The position numbers and the translations under genes were made by a program. The notes below the pieces were generated by a model that was given only the letters and a program-made list of their open reading frames with translations, was not told the origin of the DNA and ran no database searches. Source: Burkholderiales bacterium (GTDB lineage Bacteria; Pseudomonadota; Gammaproteobacteria; Burkholderiales; SG8-39). From it: a stretch of 64,000 bases of DNA. Of the stretch, positions 39,419-49,687 are shown piece after piece (the first letter of the stretch is position 1; the number at the start of each line of letters is the position of its first letter). The DNA lies in contig DATBQR010000016.1 of NCBI GenBank assembly GCA_036560705.1, forward strand, positions 3,133 to 67,132, read 5' to 3'.

Positions 39419-41671
39419 ATGCGACTATCGCTTCGCTTCATCATTCCACTGGCGCTCGCTCTGGGTGCGATCGCCTACGGCGTGGTCCCGCTGGTGGATG
39501 ATTTGACCCTCAAGTGGTTCATGCGCGATCTCGACATCCGCGGCAAGCTGATCGCCGGCGCGGCGCGCGAGCCCCTTGTCGAGATGCTCACCGACAAGAC
39601 CCGCGACAAGGTGCGCCTGCAGCGTGTCCAGGATTTCTTCGCCCGCGTGCTGCAGGACGAACGCCTGTTCGCGGTCGGCTTCTGCGATGCCGCCGGCAAA
39701 CTCGTGTACCGCACGCCCGCCCTGCCGAAGGACATCGGCTGCCGCAAGCCGGGATCGCCGCCGGAGGAAGCCGGGCGGATCATCCATCACCCGAGCGGAC
39801 CGCTGCACGTCGCCGAAAGCCCGGTCTCCGTCGACGGACAGATACTCGGCGACCTGCTGATCGTGCACGATATGAGCTTTGTCGAGCGGCGCAGCGCCGA
39901 CACCAAGAAATATGTCGTCTATCTCTTTGCTGCCATTGGCGCGGTGATCGCCCTGATTACCGTCGTCATCGCGGAGCTGTCGTTCCGCGGCTGGATGGCC
40001 GGCATCAAGGCGCTGATTCGCGGGCAGTCGCTCGCGCTCTCCCCGGAACCCAAGGCGCGCGAACTGCGGCCGATCGCGCGCGACTTGGAAGCGATGGTGC
40101 GCGAACTCGAAGGCGAACGTCGCATGCGCGACGAGTCGCAAATCAGCTGGACAGCGGAAAACCTGCGCGGCATCCTGCGCGAAGATCTGAAAGGCGACGA
40201 AATCCTGATTGTCTCCAACCGCGAGCCCTACATTCACATACAGAGGGACGGGAAGGTTGAAGTACAGCGCCCGGCCAGCGGCCTGGTCACGGCGATGGAA
40301 CCCGTGCTGCGGGCCTGCTCGGGCACCTGGATCGCGCACGGATCGGGAAGCGCGGACCGCGACGTCGTGGACGCCCAGGACCGCGTCATGGTTCCGCCGG
40401 AGAAACCCGCCTACCGCATCCGCCGGGTCTGGCTAAGCCGGGAGGAGGAAGCCGGGTATTACTACGGCTTCGCCAACGAAGGACTGTGGCCTCTGTGCCA
40501 CATCGCCCATACGCGTCCGGTGTTCCGCGCCTCCGACTGGGAGCACTACCGTACCGTCAACCAGCGCTTCGCGCAGACCGTGGTGCAGGAAACGCGCACC
40601 GACAATCCGATCATTCTGGTGCAGGATTATCACCTTGCGCTGGTGCCGCGCCTGATCCGCGAACGCCTGCCGCAGGCGACGATCATCGCTTTCTGGCACA
40701 TCCCTTGGCCGAATCCGGAAGCGTTCGGCGTCTGCCCGTGGCGCGCCGAGCTGCTCGAGGGCCTGCTGGGCTCTTCCATCGTCGGGTTCCACACCCAGGT
40801 CCACTGCAACAACTTCTTCGACACCGTGGACCGCACGCTGGAAGCCCGCGTCGATCGCGAGACTTCCAGCATCCACTATGGCGGCGACCCCACCGAGGTG
40901 AGACGCTATCCGATCTCGATCGAGTGGCCGCCCGCGCCGCTGGCGACGCAGCCGCCGGTACCGGAATGTCGTTCGGCGGTGCGCATGGCGCTCGGCTTGA
41001 AGCCGGAGGTCTATCTGGGCGTCGGCGTCGACCGCCTGGACTACACCAAAGGCATACTCGAGCGCTTCGCCGCCGTCGAACGCCTCCTCGAGCTCGAGCC
41101 GCAATGGATCGGGCGCTTCGCTTTCCTGCAGGTCGCCGCCCCCTCGCGTTCCAGCATCGAGGAATATCAGAGCCTGGACGCCCGCGTGCGCTCGGCGGCG
41201 ACGCGCATCAACGACCGTTTCGGATCGGCCGGCTACCAGCCGATCGTGCTCAAGATAGAGCACCATGACGCCGACCGGATCTACACCCTTTACCGCGCAT
41301 CGGACCTGTGCTTCGTTTCGAGCCTGCACGACGGCATGAACCTGGTCGCCAAGGAATTCGTGGCCGCGCGCGACGACGAGCGCGGCGTGCTGGTGCTGTC
41401 GCAGTTCACTGGGGCGGCGCGCGAACTGTCCGAAGCCCTGATCGTCAATCCCTACGACACGGAACAATGCGCGGCGGCCCTGCGGGTGGCCCTAACCATG
41501 CCGCCGGACCAACAGCGCCATCGCATGCGCAGCATGCGCAGCCTGATCCAAGAGTTCAATGTCTATCGCTGGGCCGGGCGAATGCTGCTCGACGCGGCGC
41601 GCATGCGCAACCGCCGGCGCGTTTCCGGCCCGCGCAATGCCGCCAGGGTCATCGATCTGCGGCGCGCATGA
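39419..41671 (+). CDS. otsA: trehalose-6-phosphate synthase with N-terminal two-TM sensor-like module
   Basis: ATG at 39419 ([21 protein letters not shown]…), 750 aa. Residues ~261-750 are GT20/OtsA (…[10 protein letters not shown]…[12 protein letters not shown]…DYHLALVP…[14 protein letters not shown]…). Confidence 0.92.
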   Translation: MRLSLRFIIPLALALGAIAYGVVPLVDDLTLKWFMRDLDIRGKLIAGAAREPLVEMLTDKTRDKVRLQRVQDFFARVLQDERLFAVGFCDAAGKLVYRTPALPKDIGCRKPGSPPEEAGRIIHHPSGPLHVAESPVSVDGQILGDLLIVHDMSFVERRSADTKKYVVYLFAAIGAVIALITVVIAELSFRGWMAGIKALIRGQSLALSPEPKARELRPIARDLEAMVRELEGERRMRDESQISWTAENLRGILREDLKGDEILIVSNREPYIHIQRDGKVEVQRPASGLVTAMEPVLRACSGTWIAHGSGSADRDVVDAQDRVMVPPEKPAYRIRRVWLSREEEAGYYYGFANEGLWPLCHIAHTRPVFRASDWEHYRTVNQRFAQTVVQETRTDNPIILVQDYHLALVPRLIRERLPQATIIAFWHIPWPNPEAFGVCPWRAELLEGLLGSSIVGFHTQVHCNNFFDTVDRTLEARVDRETSSIHYGGDPTEVRRYPISIEWPPAPLATQPPVPECRSAVRMALGLKPEVYLGVGVDRLDYTKGILERFAAVERLLELEPQWIGRFAFLQVAAPSRSSIEEYQSLDARVRSAATRINDRFGSAGYQPIVLKIEHHDADRIYTLYRASDLCFVSSLHDGMNLVAKEFVAARDDERGVLVLSQFTGAARELSEALIVNPYDTEQCAAALRVALTMPPDQQRHRMRSMRSLIQEFNVYRWAGRMLLDAARMRNRRRVSGPRNAARVIDLRRA

Positions 41672-42435
41672 TGACGCGCCGCATGCCGCCATTCGCGGCG
41701 GATTGGGCCTTTTTTCTCGATATCGACGGCACACTGCTTGAATTCGCGGCGCGTCCGCAGGAAGTCCGCGTGGAAAGCGCGCTGCTCGGCCTCCTGGCGG
41801 GGCTGCACTCGGCCACGGGCGGCGCGCTCGCGCTGGTCAGCGGCCGTTCGGTGGAAGACATCGACCAGCTGTTCGCGCCGATCGCGTTTGCCGCGGCCGG
41901 CCAGCATGGCACCGAGCGCCGCGCCGCCGACGGCACGGTCCGTCGCCACGCGCCGCCGCTGCAGGAACTCGGCCGCGCCTGCGCGCAAATCGTGCGGTTG
42001 ACTGCGGCCCACTCCGGCCTGGTGTTCGAGAACAAAGGCATGGCGCTTGCGCTGCATTACCGCCTTGCGCCGGCGCTGAGAGCCCTGGCGGAACGCGAAA
42101 TGCGCGCCATCGCCGCCGACCTGGGCGACGGGTTCGAGCTGCAAGGCGGAAAATTCGTCATCGAGATCAAGCCGAGCGGCAAGAACAAGGGCAGCGCCAT
42201 CGCCGAGTTCGCCGCGGAGGCGCCGTTCGCCGGCCGCCGGCCGGTGTTCATCGGCGACGACCTCACCGATGAACCGGGCTTCGAGGTGGTCAACCGCCTC
42301 GGCGGCCACTCCGTGAAGGTCGGTCCCGGCATTACACGGGCGCGCTGGCACCTCTTCGACGCCGTCGCGGTGCGGCGCTGGCTCACCGACTACGCTGGGC
42401 AATTCGCTCCCAGCGCGACGCGAGCGACGCAATGA
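41668..42435 (+). CDS. otsB: trehalose-phosphatase
   Basis: ATGA overlap with otsA. 255 aa, HAD motif FFLDIDGTL and …KPSGKNKG…FIGDDLTDE…. Confidence 0.9.
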   Translation: MMTRRMPPFAADWAFFLDIDGTLLEFAARPQEVRVESALLGLLAGLHSATGGALALVSGRSVEDIDQLFAPIAFAAAGQHGTERRAADGTVRRHAPPLQELGRACAQIVRLTAAHSGLVFENKGMALALHYRLAPALRALAEREMRAIAADLGDGFELQGGKFVIEIKPSGKNKGSAIAEFAAEAPFAGRRPVFIGDDLTDEPGFEVVNRLGGHSVKVGPGITRARWHLFDAVAVRRWLTDYAGQFAPSATRATQ

Positions 42436-44216
42436 ACGGCCTCGACCTCGGCATCGTCGGCAACGCCAACATCAACGCGCTGATCACCGCCACCGGCGAG
42501 ATCTGCTGGGCGTGCATGCCGCGGGTGGACGCCGACGCCGTGTTCTGCTCGCTGCTGCGCGAGCGCGGCGGCGAGCAGGATTTCGGTTTCCTTGCCGTGG
42601 ACCTCGAAGGCATGGCGCGCGCCGAGCAGGAGTACCTGCCGCACACGCCGGTGCTCGTGACGCGCCTTTTCGACGCCGGCGGAGGGGTGGTCGAGATCAC
42701 CGACTTTGCCCCGAGATTCCGCCAGTTCGGCCGGCTGTTCAGTCCGAGCCAGCTGGTGCGAGCGGTCCGGCCGCTCGCGGGCAGCCCGAGACTGCGGCTG
42801 CGGGTGCGGCCGGCGCTCGACTACGGCCGCGCGCGCCGCCAGACCACCTGGGGCTCCAATCACGTGCGCTACCTGGGACCCGATTTCGTCGTCCGCCTGA
42901 CCACCGATGGCTCGATCACGGCGATTCTCGAGGAAACGCCGTTCGTGCTGCGCGAGCCGTTCGCGTTGATCCTGGGATCGGATGAAACGCTTCAGGGCTC
43001 GGTGGCGGAGGTCGCCCGGCGCTTCCTGGAACAGACGGTCGACTACTGGCAGGATTGGGTGCGCGACCTGCTGATCCCGTTCGAGTGGCAGGAGGAGATC
43101 ATCCGCGCGGCGATCACGATCAAGCTCGCCGCCTACGACGACACCGGGGCGATCATCGCGGCGCCGACCACTTCGATCCCGGAGGCCGCGGCAAGCGGAC
43201 GCAACTGGGACTACCGCTACTGCTGGCTGCGCGACGCCTATTTCGTGGTCAACGCCCTGAACCGGCTGAACGCCACGCGCACGATGGAGCGCTATCTCGG
43301 CTACATCATCAACGTCGCTTCGCGTGGCGACGGCGCGCTGCAGCCTGTCTACCGGGTGAGCGGCAGTCCGGAGGTCGATGAACACGAAGTGCCGACCTTG
43401 CCCGGTTATCGCGGCATGGGTCCGGTGCGCGTCGGCAATCAGGCGTACCGCCAGGTGCAGAACGACGTCTACGGTTCGACCGTCCTCGCGGCCACGCACG
43501 CTTTCTTCGATCGCCGGCTGGGCGCGATCGGCAACGAGCACCTGTTCCGCCAACTCGAACCGCTGGGCGAGCGCGCGGTCGCGGCGCACGCGCTGCCCGA
43601 TGCAGGGCTGTGGGAATTGCGCGGCACCGAGCGCGTCCACACCTTCTCCAGCGTCATGTGCTGGGTTGCCTGCGACCGCCTGGCGAAAATCGCCACCCGG
43701 CTGCGGCTGCCGGAGCGCGGCCGCTACTGGCGTGCGCACTCGGACCGCATCCACGCCGCGGTCTGCGCGCGCGCCTGGAGCGGGCGACGCTCAAGCTTCG
43801 TCGCCTCGTTCGAAGGCGACACGCTGGACGCGAGCCTGCTGCTGCTGGCCGAGCTGGGCTTCCTGCGCGCCGATGACCCGCGTTTCGCGGCCACCGTCGC
43901 TGCGGTCGAAAGCGAGCTCAAGCGCGGCGATTTCGTCTTTCGCTACACCGAGCCGGACGATTTCGGCGCTCCCGCCAACGCCTTCCTCGTCTGCACTTTC
44001 TGGTACGTCGATGCGCTTGCCGTCCTCGGCCGCCGCGACGAGGCGCGCGCCCTGTTCGAGGCGACGCTCGCGCGCTGCAACCGGCTCGGCCTGCTTTCCG
44101 AGCACATCGATCCGGCCTCGGGCGAACTGTGGGGCAACTACCCGCAGACCTACAGCATGGTGGGAATGATCAACAGCGCGACCCGGCTCAGCATTCCCTG
44201 GGGCCAGGCGTACTGA
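42432..44216 (+). CDS. glycoside hydrolase family 15 (glucoamylase/trehalase-like)
   Basis: ATGA overlap with otsB. 594 aa, …AAPTTSIPEAAASGRNWDYRYCWLRDA…, GH15 catalytic (alpha/alpha)6 region. Confidence 0.92.
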   Translation: MNGLDLGIVGNANINALITATGEICWACMPRVDADAVFCSLLRERGGEQDFGFLAVDLEGMARAEQEYLPHTPVLVTRLFDAGGGVVEITDFAPRFRQFGRLFSPSQLVRAVRPLAGSPRLRLRVRPALDYGRARRQTTWGSNHVRYLGPDFVVRLTTDGSITAILEETPFVLREPFALILGSDETLQGSVAEVARRFLEQTVDYWQDWVRDLLIPFEWQEEIIRAAITIKLAAYDDTGAIIAAPTTSIPEAAASGRNWDYRYCWLRDAYFVVNALNRLNATRTMERYLGYIINVASRGDGALQPVYRVSGSPEVDEHEVPTLPGYRGMGPVRVGNQAYRQVQNDVYGSTVLAATHAFFDRRLGAIGNEHLFRQLEPLGERAVAAHALPDAGLWELRGTERVHTFSSVMCWVACDRLAKIATRLRLPERGRYWRAHSDRIHAAVCARAWSGRRSSFVASFEGDTLDASLLLLAELGFLRADDPRFAATVAAVESELKRGDFVFRYTEPDDFGAPANAFLVCTFWYVDALAVLGRRDEARALFEATLARCNRLGLLSEHIDPASGELWGNYPQTYSMVGMINSATRLSIPWGQAY

Positions 44217-44221
44217 GACGC

Positions 44222-45148
44222 ATGGCGCTGCGGATCGGGCTGGACATCGGCGGCACCAAGACCGAACTGGCGGCGCTCGACCCGGAGGGCCGCGAATGCC
44301 TCAGGCGCCGCGTGCCGACGCCACACGGAAGCTACGAACAGGCGCTCGCGCATCTCGCGGCAACGGTGCTGGATGCCGAATCGGAACTGGGCGAGCGCGC
44401 GAGCGTGGGAATCGGCCTGCCGGGCGCCGTTTCGCGCGCCTCCGGCCTGGTGAAAAGCGCCTTCGCGACGCCGTACAACGGCCGCCCGCTGAAGCGCGAC
44501 CTCGAGCGCCTGCTCGCGCGCGAACTGCGGTTCGAGAACGACGCCAACTGCTTTGCGCTGTCCGAAACCGCCGACGGCGCTGCGTGCGGGGCGGGCAGCG
44601 TGTTCGGCGCAATTCTCGGCACCGGGGCGGGCGGCGGCCTCGTGATCGACGGGCGCGTAGTCGGCGGCGCGAACGGCATCGGCGGCGAATGGGGCCACAA
44701 CCCCTTGCCCTGGATGGAGCCCGGCGAGTACCCGGGCCCGCCCTGCTACTGCGGCCGGCGGGGATGCATCGAACAATTCGTCTCCGGACCGGCGCTTGCC
44801 GCCGACCACGAGCGAAGCGAGCGGGAGCGCCTGGAGCCGGCGGCCATCGCCGCGCGGGCGGCGGCGGGCAACGCCGGCTGTCGGCGCAGCCTCGCGCGCC
44901 TGGAGAGCCGCCTGGCGCGCGCGTTCGCGCATGTCATCAACCTGCTCGACCCGGAGATCATCGTCGTCGGCGGCGGGCTGTCGACCGTGGCGCGCATCTA
45001 CGCGAACGTGCCGAAACTCTGGGGCGCGTTCATCTATTCGGACTCGGTCGCGACGAAGCTGCTACCCGCCGCGCACGGCGACGCGAGCGGCGTGCGCGGC
45101 GCGGCGCGGCTGTGGGACGCGCCCGCCGGCCAGGGCATCAAACCCTGA
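44222..45148 (+). CDS. ROK family sugar kinase (glucokinase/N-acetylglucosamine kinase-like)
   Basis: ATG at 44222. 308 aa, [15 protein letters not shown]…, GEWGHN and zinc motif [10 protein letters not shown]. Confidence 0.88.
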   Translation: MALRIGLDIGGTKTELAALDPEGRECLRRRVPTPHGSYEQALAHLAATVLDAESELGERASVGIGLPGAVSRASGLVKSAFATPYNGRPLKRDLERLLARELRFENDANCFALSETADGAACGAGSVFGAILGTGAGGGLVIDGRVVGGANGIGGEWGHNPLPWMEPGEYPGPPCYCGRRGCIEQFVSGPALAADHERSERERLEPAAIAARAAAGNAGCRRSLARLESRLARAFAHVINLLDPEIIVVGGGLSTVARIYANVPKLWGAFIYSDSVATKLLPAAHGDASGVRGAARLWDAPAGQGIKP

Positions 45149-46550
45149 GCGCCGCGAGCACCTCTTCCAGCATCTTCTTCGCGTCGCCGAACAGCATGCG
45201 GTTGTTCTCTTTGTAGAAGAGCGGATTGTCGACGCCCGCGTAGCCGGAAGCCATGCTGCGCTTCATGACGACCGAGGTTTTCGCTTTCCAGACTTCGAGG
45301 ACCGGCATACCGGCGATCGGGCTGGCCGGGTCTTCCTGCGCGGCCGGGTTCACGATGTCGTTCGCGCCGATCACCATGGCGACGTCGGTCTCCGGGAAAT
45401 CGCCGTTGATCTCGTCCATCTCCATCACGATGTCGTACGGGACCTTGGCTTCCGCCAGCAGCACGTTCATGTGGCCGGGCATGCGGCCGGCGACCGGGTG
45501 GATGCCAAAGCGCACGTTCACGCCCTTCTCGCGCAGGTGCCGCGTGATCTCGTACACCGTGTGCTGGGCCTGCGCCACCGCCATGCCGTAGCCCGGCACG
45601 ATGATCACGCTCTTGGCCTCGCGCAGCAGCTCGGCGGTCTCGGCCGCCGTGATCGGCATTACCTCGCCTGCCGGCTGCGCGCCTGCCGCTGCGGGCGTGC
45701 CGCCCGAGGTGCCGAACCCGCCCGCGATCACGCTGATGAAGTTGCGATTCATGGCATTGCACATAATGTAGGAAAGGATGGCGCCGCTCGAGCCCACCAG
45801 CGCGCCGATCACGATCAGCAGGTCGTTCGACAGCATGAAGCCGGTGGCCGCCGCCGCCCAGCCGGAATAGCTGTTCAGCATCGACACCACCACCGGCATG
45901 TCCGCGCCGCCGATCGCCATCACCATGTGGATGCCGAAAAGGAGCGCGATCACCGTCATCACGACGAGCGGCTTGATGCCGTCCTGCATGGATTCGGCGT
46001 GCAGGAACTCGCGGCCGAAATAAATCACGATCAGCAGGCCCGCCAGGTTCAGCCAGTGGCGCCCCGGCAGCAGGAGCGGCTTGCCGCCAATCTTGCCGGA
46101 GAGCTTGCCGAAGGCGATCACCGAGCCGGAGAAAGTGACCGCGCCGATCAGGATGCCGACGTAGATCTCCATCTCGTGGATCGCCTTGGCCGCGCCGGTG
46201 AACTCGGCCGAGGCCGCCGGATCGATGTAGGTGGCGAAGCCGACCAGCATGGCCGCGAGACCCACCAGGCTGTGCATCAGCGCCACCAGTTCGGGCATCT
46301 GCGTCATCTGCACGGTGCGCGCGGCGTAGAGGCCGATGCCGCCGCCCGCCACCATGGCGCCGACGATCCAGGGAACGCCGGCAGCGGTGACGCGCGGCCC
46401 GAGCACGGTCGCCAGCACGGCGATCGTCATGCCGATGATGCCGTAGAGGTTGCCGCGGCGCGACGTCTCCGGGTTGCTTAGCCCGCCGAGGCTGAGGATG
46501 AACAGGATGGTGGCGCCGATATAGGCGACGCTTGCGAGGCTCTGTGACAC
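45138..46550 (-). CDS. pntB: NAD(P) transhydrogenase subunit beta
   Basis: 941-aa ORF trimmed to the GTG at 46550, 11 nt after the pntA stop. 470 aa, [24 protein letters not shown]… to …[10 protein letters not shown]…. Confidence 0.93.
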   Translation of the reverse strand: MSQSLASVAYIGATILFILSLGGLSNPETSRRGNLYGIIGMTIAVLATVLGPRVTAAGVPWIVGAMVAGGGIGLYAARTVQMTQMPELVALMHSLVGLAAMLVGFATYIDPAASAEFTGAAKAIHEMEIYVGILIGAVTFSGSVIAFGKLSGKIGGKPLLLPGRHWLNLAGLLIVIYFGREFLHAESMQDGIKPLVVMTVIALLFGIHMVMAIGGADMPVVVSMLNSYSGWAAAATGFMLSNDLLIVIGALVGSSGAILSYIMCNAMNRNFISVIAGGFGTSGGTPAAAGAQPAGEVMPITAAETAELLREAKSVIIVPGYGMAVAQAQHTVYEITRHLREKGVNVRFGIHPVAGRMPGHMNVLLAEAKVPYDIVMEMDEINGDFPETDVAMVIGANDIVNPAAQEDPASPIAGMPVLEVWKAKTSVVMKRSMASGYAGVDNPLFYKENNRMLFGDAKKMLEEVLAALRV

Positions 46551-46561
46551 GTCCGTGGCCC

Positions 46562-48160
46562 CTATTTCCGGAACATCGCCAGCATGCGCTGGGTGACCGC
46601 GAAGCCGCCGAACATGTTGACCGCGGTGAGCGCGATGCCCGCCACCGCCAGCCAGCGGATCCATTCGTCGGGTCGGCCAGCGCCCGCTGCAGTTGCCAAT
46701 GCGGCGGGCGGCGCGATCTGCACCAGCGCGCCGATGGCGATGATGCTGCTGATGGCGTTGGTCACGCTCATCAGCGGCGTATGCAGCGCAGGCGTGACGT
46801 TCCAGACCACCATGTAGCCAACGAAACAGGCCAGCACGAAGACCGTGAAGTGGCCGAGGAAGGCCGCGGGCGCAAAGGCGCCGATGAACCAGAACAGCGC
46901 CGCGGCGACGCCGAACATGACCGCCAGGCGATTGCCCGCCATCGGCGCGCCGCCGCCATGCGCATGTGTTTTCGCGGGCGCCGAAATTTTCTTTTCGGAA
47001 GGAACCGGCTTGGGCGGCGCGGGAAGTTTCGGCGGCGGCGCCGGCCAGGTGACGGTGCCGTCCTTGATCACGGTGAGGCCGCGGATGGCGTCGTCGTCCA
47101 TGTTGACGTTGATGACGCCGTCCTTGGTCTTGCAGAGTTCCTCGGCCAGCCGGAAGAGATTCGTCGCGTAGAGCGTGGAGGACTGCCGCGCGAGGCGGCT
47201 CGGCAGGTCGGTGTAGCCGACGATGGTCACGCCATGCCTGACCACGACCTTGCCGGGCTCGGTCAATTCGCAGTTGCCGCCCTGCTCCGCCGCAAGGTCC
47301 ACGATCACGCTGCCGGGCTTCATGGACTTCACCATGTCGGCGCTGATCAGCTTCGGCGCGGGTTTGCCGGGAATCAGGGCGGTGGTGATGATGATGTCCA
47401 CCTCCCTTGCCTGCTTGGCGTACATCTCGCGCTGCGCCTTCTGGAAGCCTTCGCTCATCACCTTGGCGTAGCCGCCGCCGCCGGATCCTTCTTCCTCGTA
47501 GTCGACCTTCACGAACTCGCCGCCGAGGGACACCACCTGGTCGGCCACTTCGGCACGCGTATCGTTCGCCCGCACGATGGCGCCCAGGCTGGCGGCGGTG
47601 CCGATCGCCGCCAGGCCGGCGACGCCGGCGCCGGCGATGAAAACCTTGGCCGGCGGAACCTTGCCGGCGGCGGTGATCTGCCCGGTGAGGAAACGGCCGA
47701 ATGCGTGTGCAGCCTCGATCACCGCGCGGTAGCCCGTGATGCCGGCCATGGAGGTGAGCGCGTCCATCTTCTGCGCGCGGCTCAGCATGCGCGGCAGGGC
47801 ATCCATCGCCAGCACCGTGACCTTGCGCGAGGCGAGCTGCTGCATAAGTTCGGGGTTCTGCGCAGGCCAGATGAAGCCGATCAGGGCCTGGCCCCCGTGC
47901 ATCAGTCCCACTTCCTCGGCGCTCGGCGCGCGCACCTTGAACACGACGTCGGCGGCGGCCCACACGCCAGGCGCATCGGCGATGACCTGCGCGCCGGCGG
48001 CCTGATATGCGTCATCGCTGAAATTCGCCGCGTCGCCGGCGCCCGACTGCACGGCGACCTTGAAGCCCAGCTTGATGAGTTTTTCGACCACCTCCGGAAC
48101 GGTGGCCACGCGCTTTTCGCCCGCGAAGGTCTCGCGCGGCACTCCGATGACCTGTGACAT
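46562..48160 (-). CDS. pntA: NAD(P) transhydrogenase subunit alpha (dI plus membrane dII part)
   Basis: 532 aa, [19 protein letters not shown]…, Rossmann GAGVAGLAA, and C-terminal TM helices. Confidence 0.95.
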   Translation of the reverse strand: MSQVIGVPRETFAGEKRVATVPEVVEKLIKLGFKVAVQSGAGDAANFSDDAYQAAGAQVIADAPGVWAAADVVFKVRAPSAEEVGLMHGGQALIGFIWPAQNPELMQQLASRKVTVLAMDALPRMLSRAQKMDALTSMAGITGYRAVIEAAHAFGRFLTGQITAAGKVPPAKVFIAGAGVAGLAAIGTAASLGAIVRANDTRAEVADQVVSLGGEFVKVDYEEEGSGGGGYAKVMSEGFQKAQREMYAKQAREVDIIITTALIPGKPAPKLISADMVKSMKPGSVIVDLAAEQGGNCELTEPGKVVVRHGVTIVGYTDLPSRLARQSSTLYATNLFRLAEELCKTKDGVINVNMDDDAIRGLTVIKDGTVTWPAPPPKLPAPPKPVPSEKKISAPAKTHAHGGGAPMAGNRLAVMFGVAAALFWFIGAFAPAAFLGHFTVFVLACFVGYMVVWNVTPALHTPLMSVTNAISSIIAIGALVQIAPPAALATAAGAGRPDEWIRWLAVAGIALTAVNMFGGFAVTQRMLAMFRK

Positions 48161-48205
48161 GAAAATCCCTGATTGGCCGACCCGGAATGATACCGAGGTT
48201 TGGTC

Positions 48206-48628
48206 TTACTTGACCTTCTGGCGATAAAGGTCCGCCGCCTGCATGAACTGCTTGCGCAGCATCAAGGGAGCGGAAATATTCCTGATCGGCTCTGTCGTGG
48301 TGCCGGTGCCGTGAATAGTGATCGTGCCGAAATCGAATATCCGGCCCGGCACGCTTTGCTCGACATGCAGGCTCTCGACCTTGTCGAGGAACAACTCCGT
48401 CGTATTGCGGGAAACCAGGCCGGTCTTGGCGATGATCCTCTTGTCGGTAACCGCGAACTCCGTAGTCCGGTAGCGGATGTATGCCCAGACGAGAATTCCG
48501 ATTCCCACCACCACGACCGCCAGAAGCACGCCGAGGACGATCAGGTGGGCGAGCGACCAAAGGCTGATCCGCGCGCGGTAGAGGACCATCTCTCCCTGCA
48601 ACAAAGTACTGTCAACGTAGGACGCCAT
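48206..48628 (-). CDS. bacterial PH-domain (bPH_2/YdbS-like) membrane protein
   Basis: 140 aa. Two TM helices, then …TTEFAVTDKRIIAKTGLVSRNTTELFLDKVES…. GC looks locally lower than the neighbours. Confidence 0.8.
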   Translation of the reverse strand: MASYVDSTLLQGEMVLYRARISLWSLAHLIVLGVLLAVVVVGIGILVWAYIRYRTTEFAVTDKRIIAKTGLVSRNTTELFLDKVESLHVEQSVPGRIFDFGTITIHGTGTTTEPIRNISAPLMLRKQFMQAADLYRQKVK

Positions 48629-48640
48629 CTTCGCCTCCCG

Positions 48641-48970
48641 TCAATCCACCACGAACAGTTTGGCACCGATTGCAGTGAAGGAGCGATGCGGTTCCGCGTT
48701 GTCCGCGACCTGGTAGCTCATGCCCGGCTTGAGCACGAACTTGCGGCCATCCTTGAGTTCGGTTTCCAGCTCTCCCTCCACGCAGAAGAGGATGTGCCCT
48801 TTCACGCACCAGTGATCCGCGAGATAGCCGGGCATGTACTCGACCAGGCGGACGCGGATGGCGCCGAAATGCCGCGTACGCCACCAGGCTGTTCCCGTCT
48901 CGCCCTTGTGCTCGGTGCGCTCGACCGCCGACCAGTCAGTCGTGCCAAAGGGAATGTCCGACATCTGCAT
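48641..48970 (-). CDS. DHCW-motif cupin-fold protein
   Basis: ORF trimmed to the ATG at 48970, preceded by AGGAG. 109 aa containing …YLADHWCVKGHILFCVEGE…. Confidence 0.8.
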   Translation of the reverse strand: MQMSDIPFGTTDWSAVERTEHKGETGTAWWRTRHFGAIRVRLVEYMPGYLADHWCVKGHILFCVEGELETELKDGRKFVLKPGMSYQVADNAEPHRSFTAIGAKLFVVD

Positions 48971-49039
48971 GGTGCGCTCCTGTACCCGTTCGTCCGCGCT
49001 GCATTTCCCGGCCGCCGGCAACGCCGTCAGCCGGCGCCG

Positions 49040-49681
49040 CTATCCCGCGAGCCCCGGAAAAAGCGCTCTCAAGCCCTCGGCCATCGTCTGCACCGCCATT
49101 GCCGCGAGCAAAAGTCCGAGGATGCGCGTGGCGATGTTGAGGCCGGTGACGCCAAGCCGGTCCGCAATCGCGTTCGCTTGGCGAAGCGCCCACCAGGTCA
49201 GCAGGGCCACGAGCGCAATGCAGCCGATAAGCACCGCGAGATGCGCGGCGCCGCCCTTTTCAGCCGCGATGATGGTGGTGCTGATGGCACCGGGGCCGGC
49301 CAGCAGCGGAATTGCGAGCGGCACGACGCCGCCCACTTCGCCGCTTTTCAGTTCGTGCGCCTCGTCCCTGGACTGCCGCACCCCGCCCACCTGCGCGTTC
49401 AGCATCGCGAGCGCCATCAAGAGCAGCACCAGACCGCCGCCGACCCGGAACGCCGGCAAGCTGGCGCCGATCAGGAGCAGCAGGGATTCGCCGACGACGC
49501 CGGACACCGCCAATACCGCGAAGACGGTAATCGCCACCACCCGCGAAAGAACCTTGCGCTGTTCTTCGGTGCGCGCTCCCTCGAACGCCAGAAAAAAGGG
49601 CACGGCAAGAAACGGGTCCACCACCGCCGTCAGCGTGACGACGAAGCGCAGGTAGTCGTTCATGCTCTGCACGGCTTCCAC
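49040..49681 (-). CDS. MarC family (UPF0056) integral membrane protein
   Basis: 213 aa with six hydrophobic segments, …VVDPFLAVPFFLA… as in MarC. Confidence 0.85.
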   Translation of the reverse strand: MEAVQSMNDYLRFVVTLTAVVDPFLAVPFFLAFEGARTEEQRKVLSRVVAITVFAVLAVSGVVGESLLLLIGASLPAFRVGGGLVLLLMALAMLNAQVGGVRQSRDEAHELKSGEVGGVVPLAIPLLAGPGAISTTIIAAEKGGAAHLAVLIGCIALVALLTWWALRQANAIADRLGVTGLNIATRILGLLLAAMAVQTMAEGLRALFPGLAG

Positions 49682-49687
49682 TTTTCT

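Noticed and set aside
45138-47963. 941-aa ORF suggesting a giant PntB
   Set aside because: Only the C-terminal 470 aa are PntB. The upstream half overlaps pntA out of frame with Arg/Gly-rich composition. A GTG at 46550 just after the pntA stop gives the normal PntB N-terminus.
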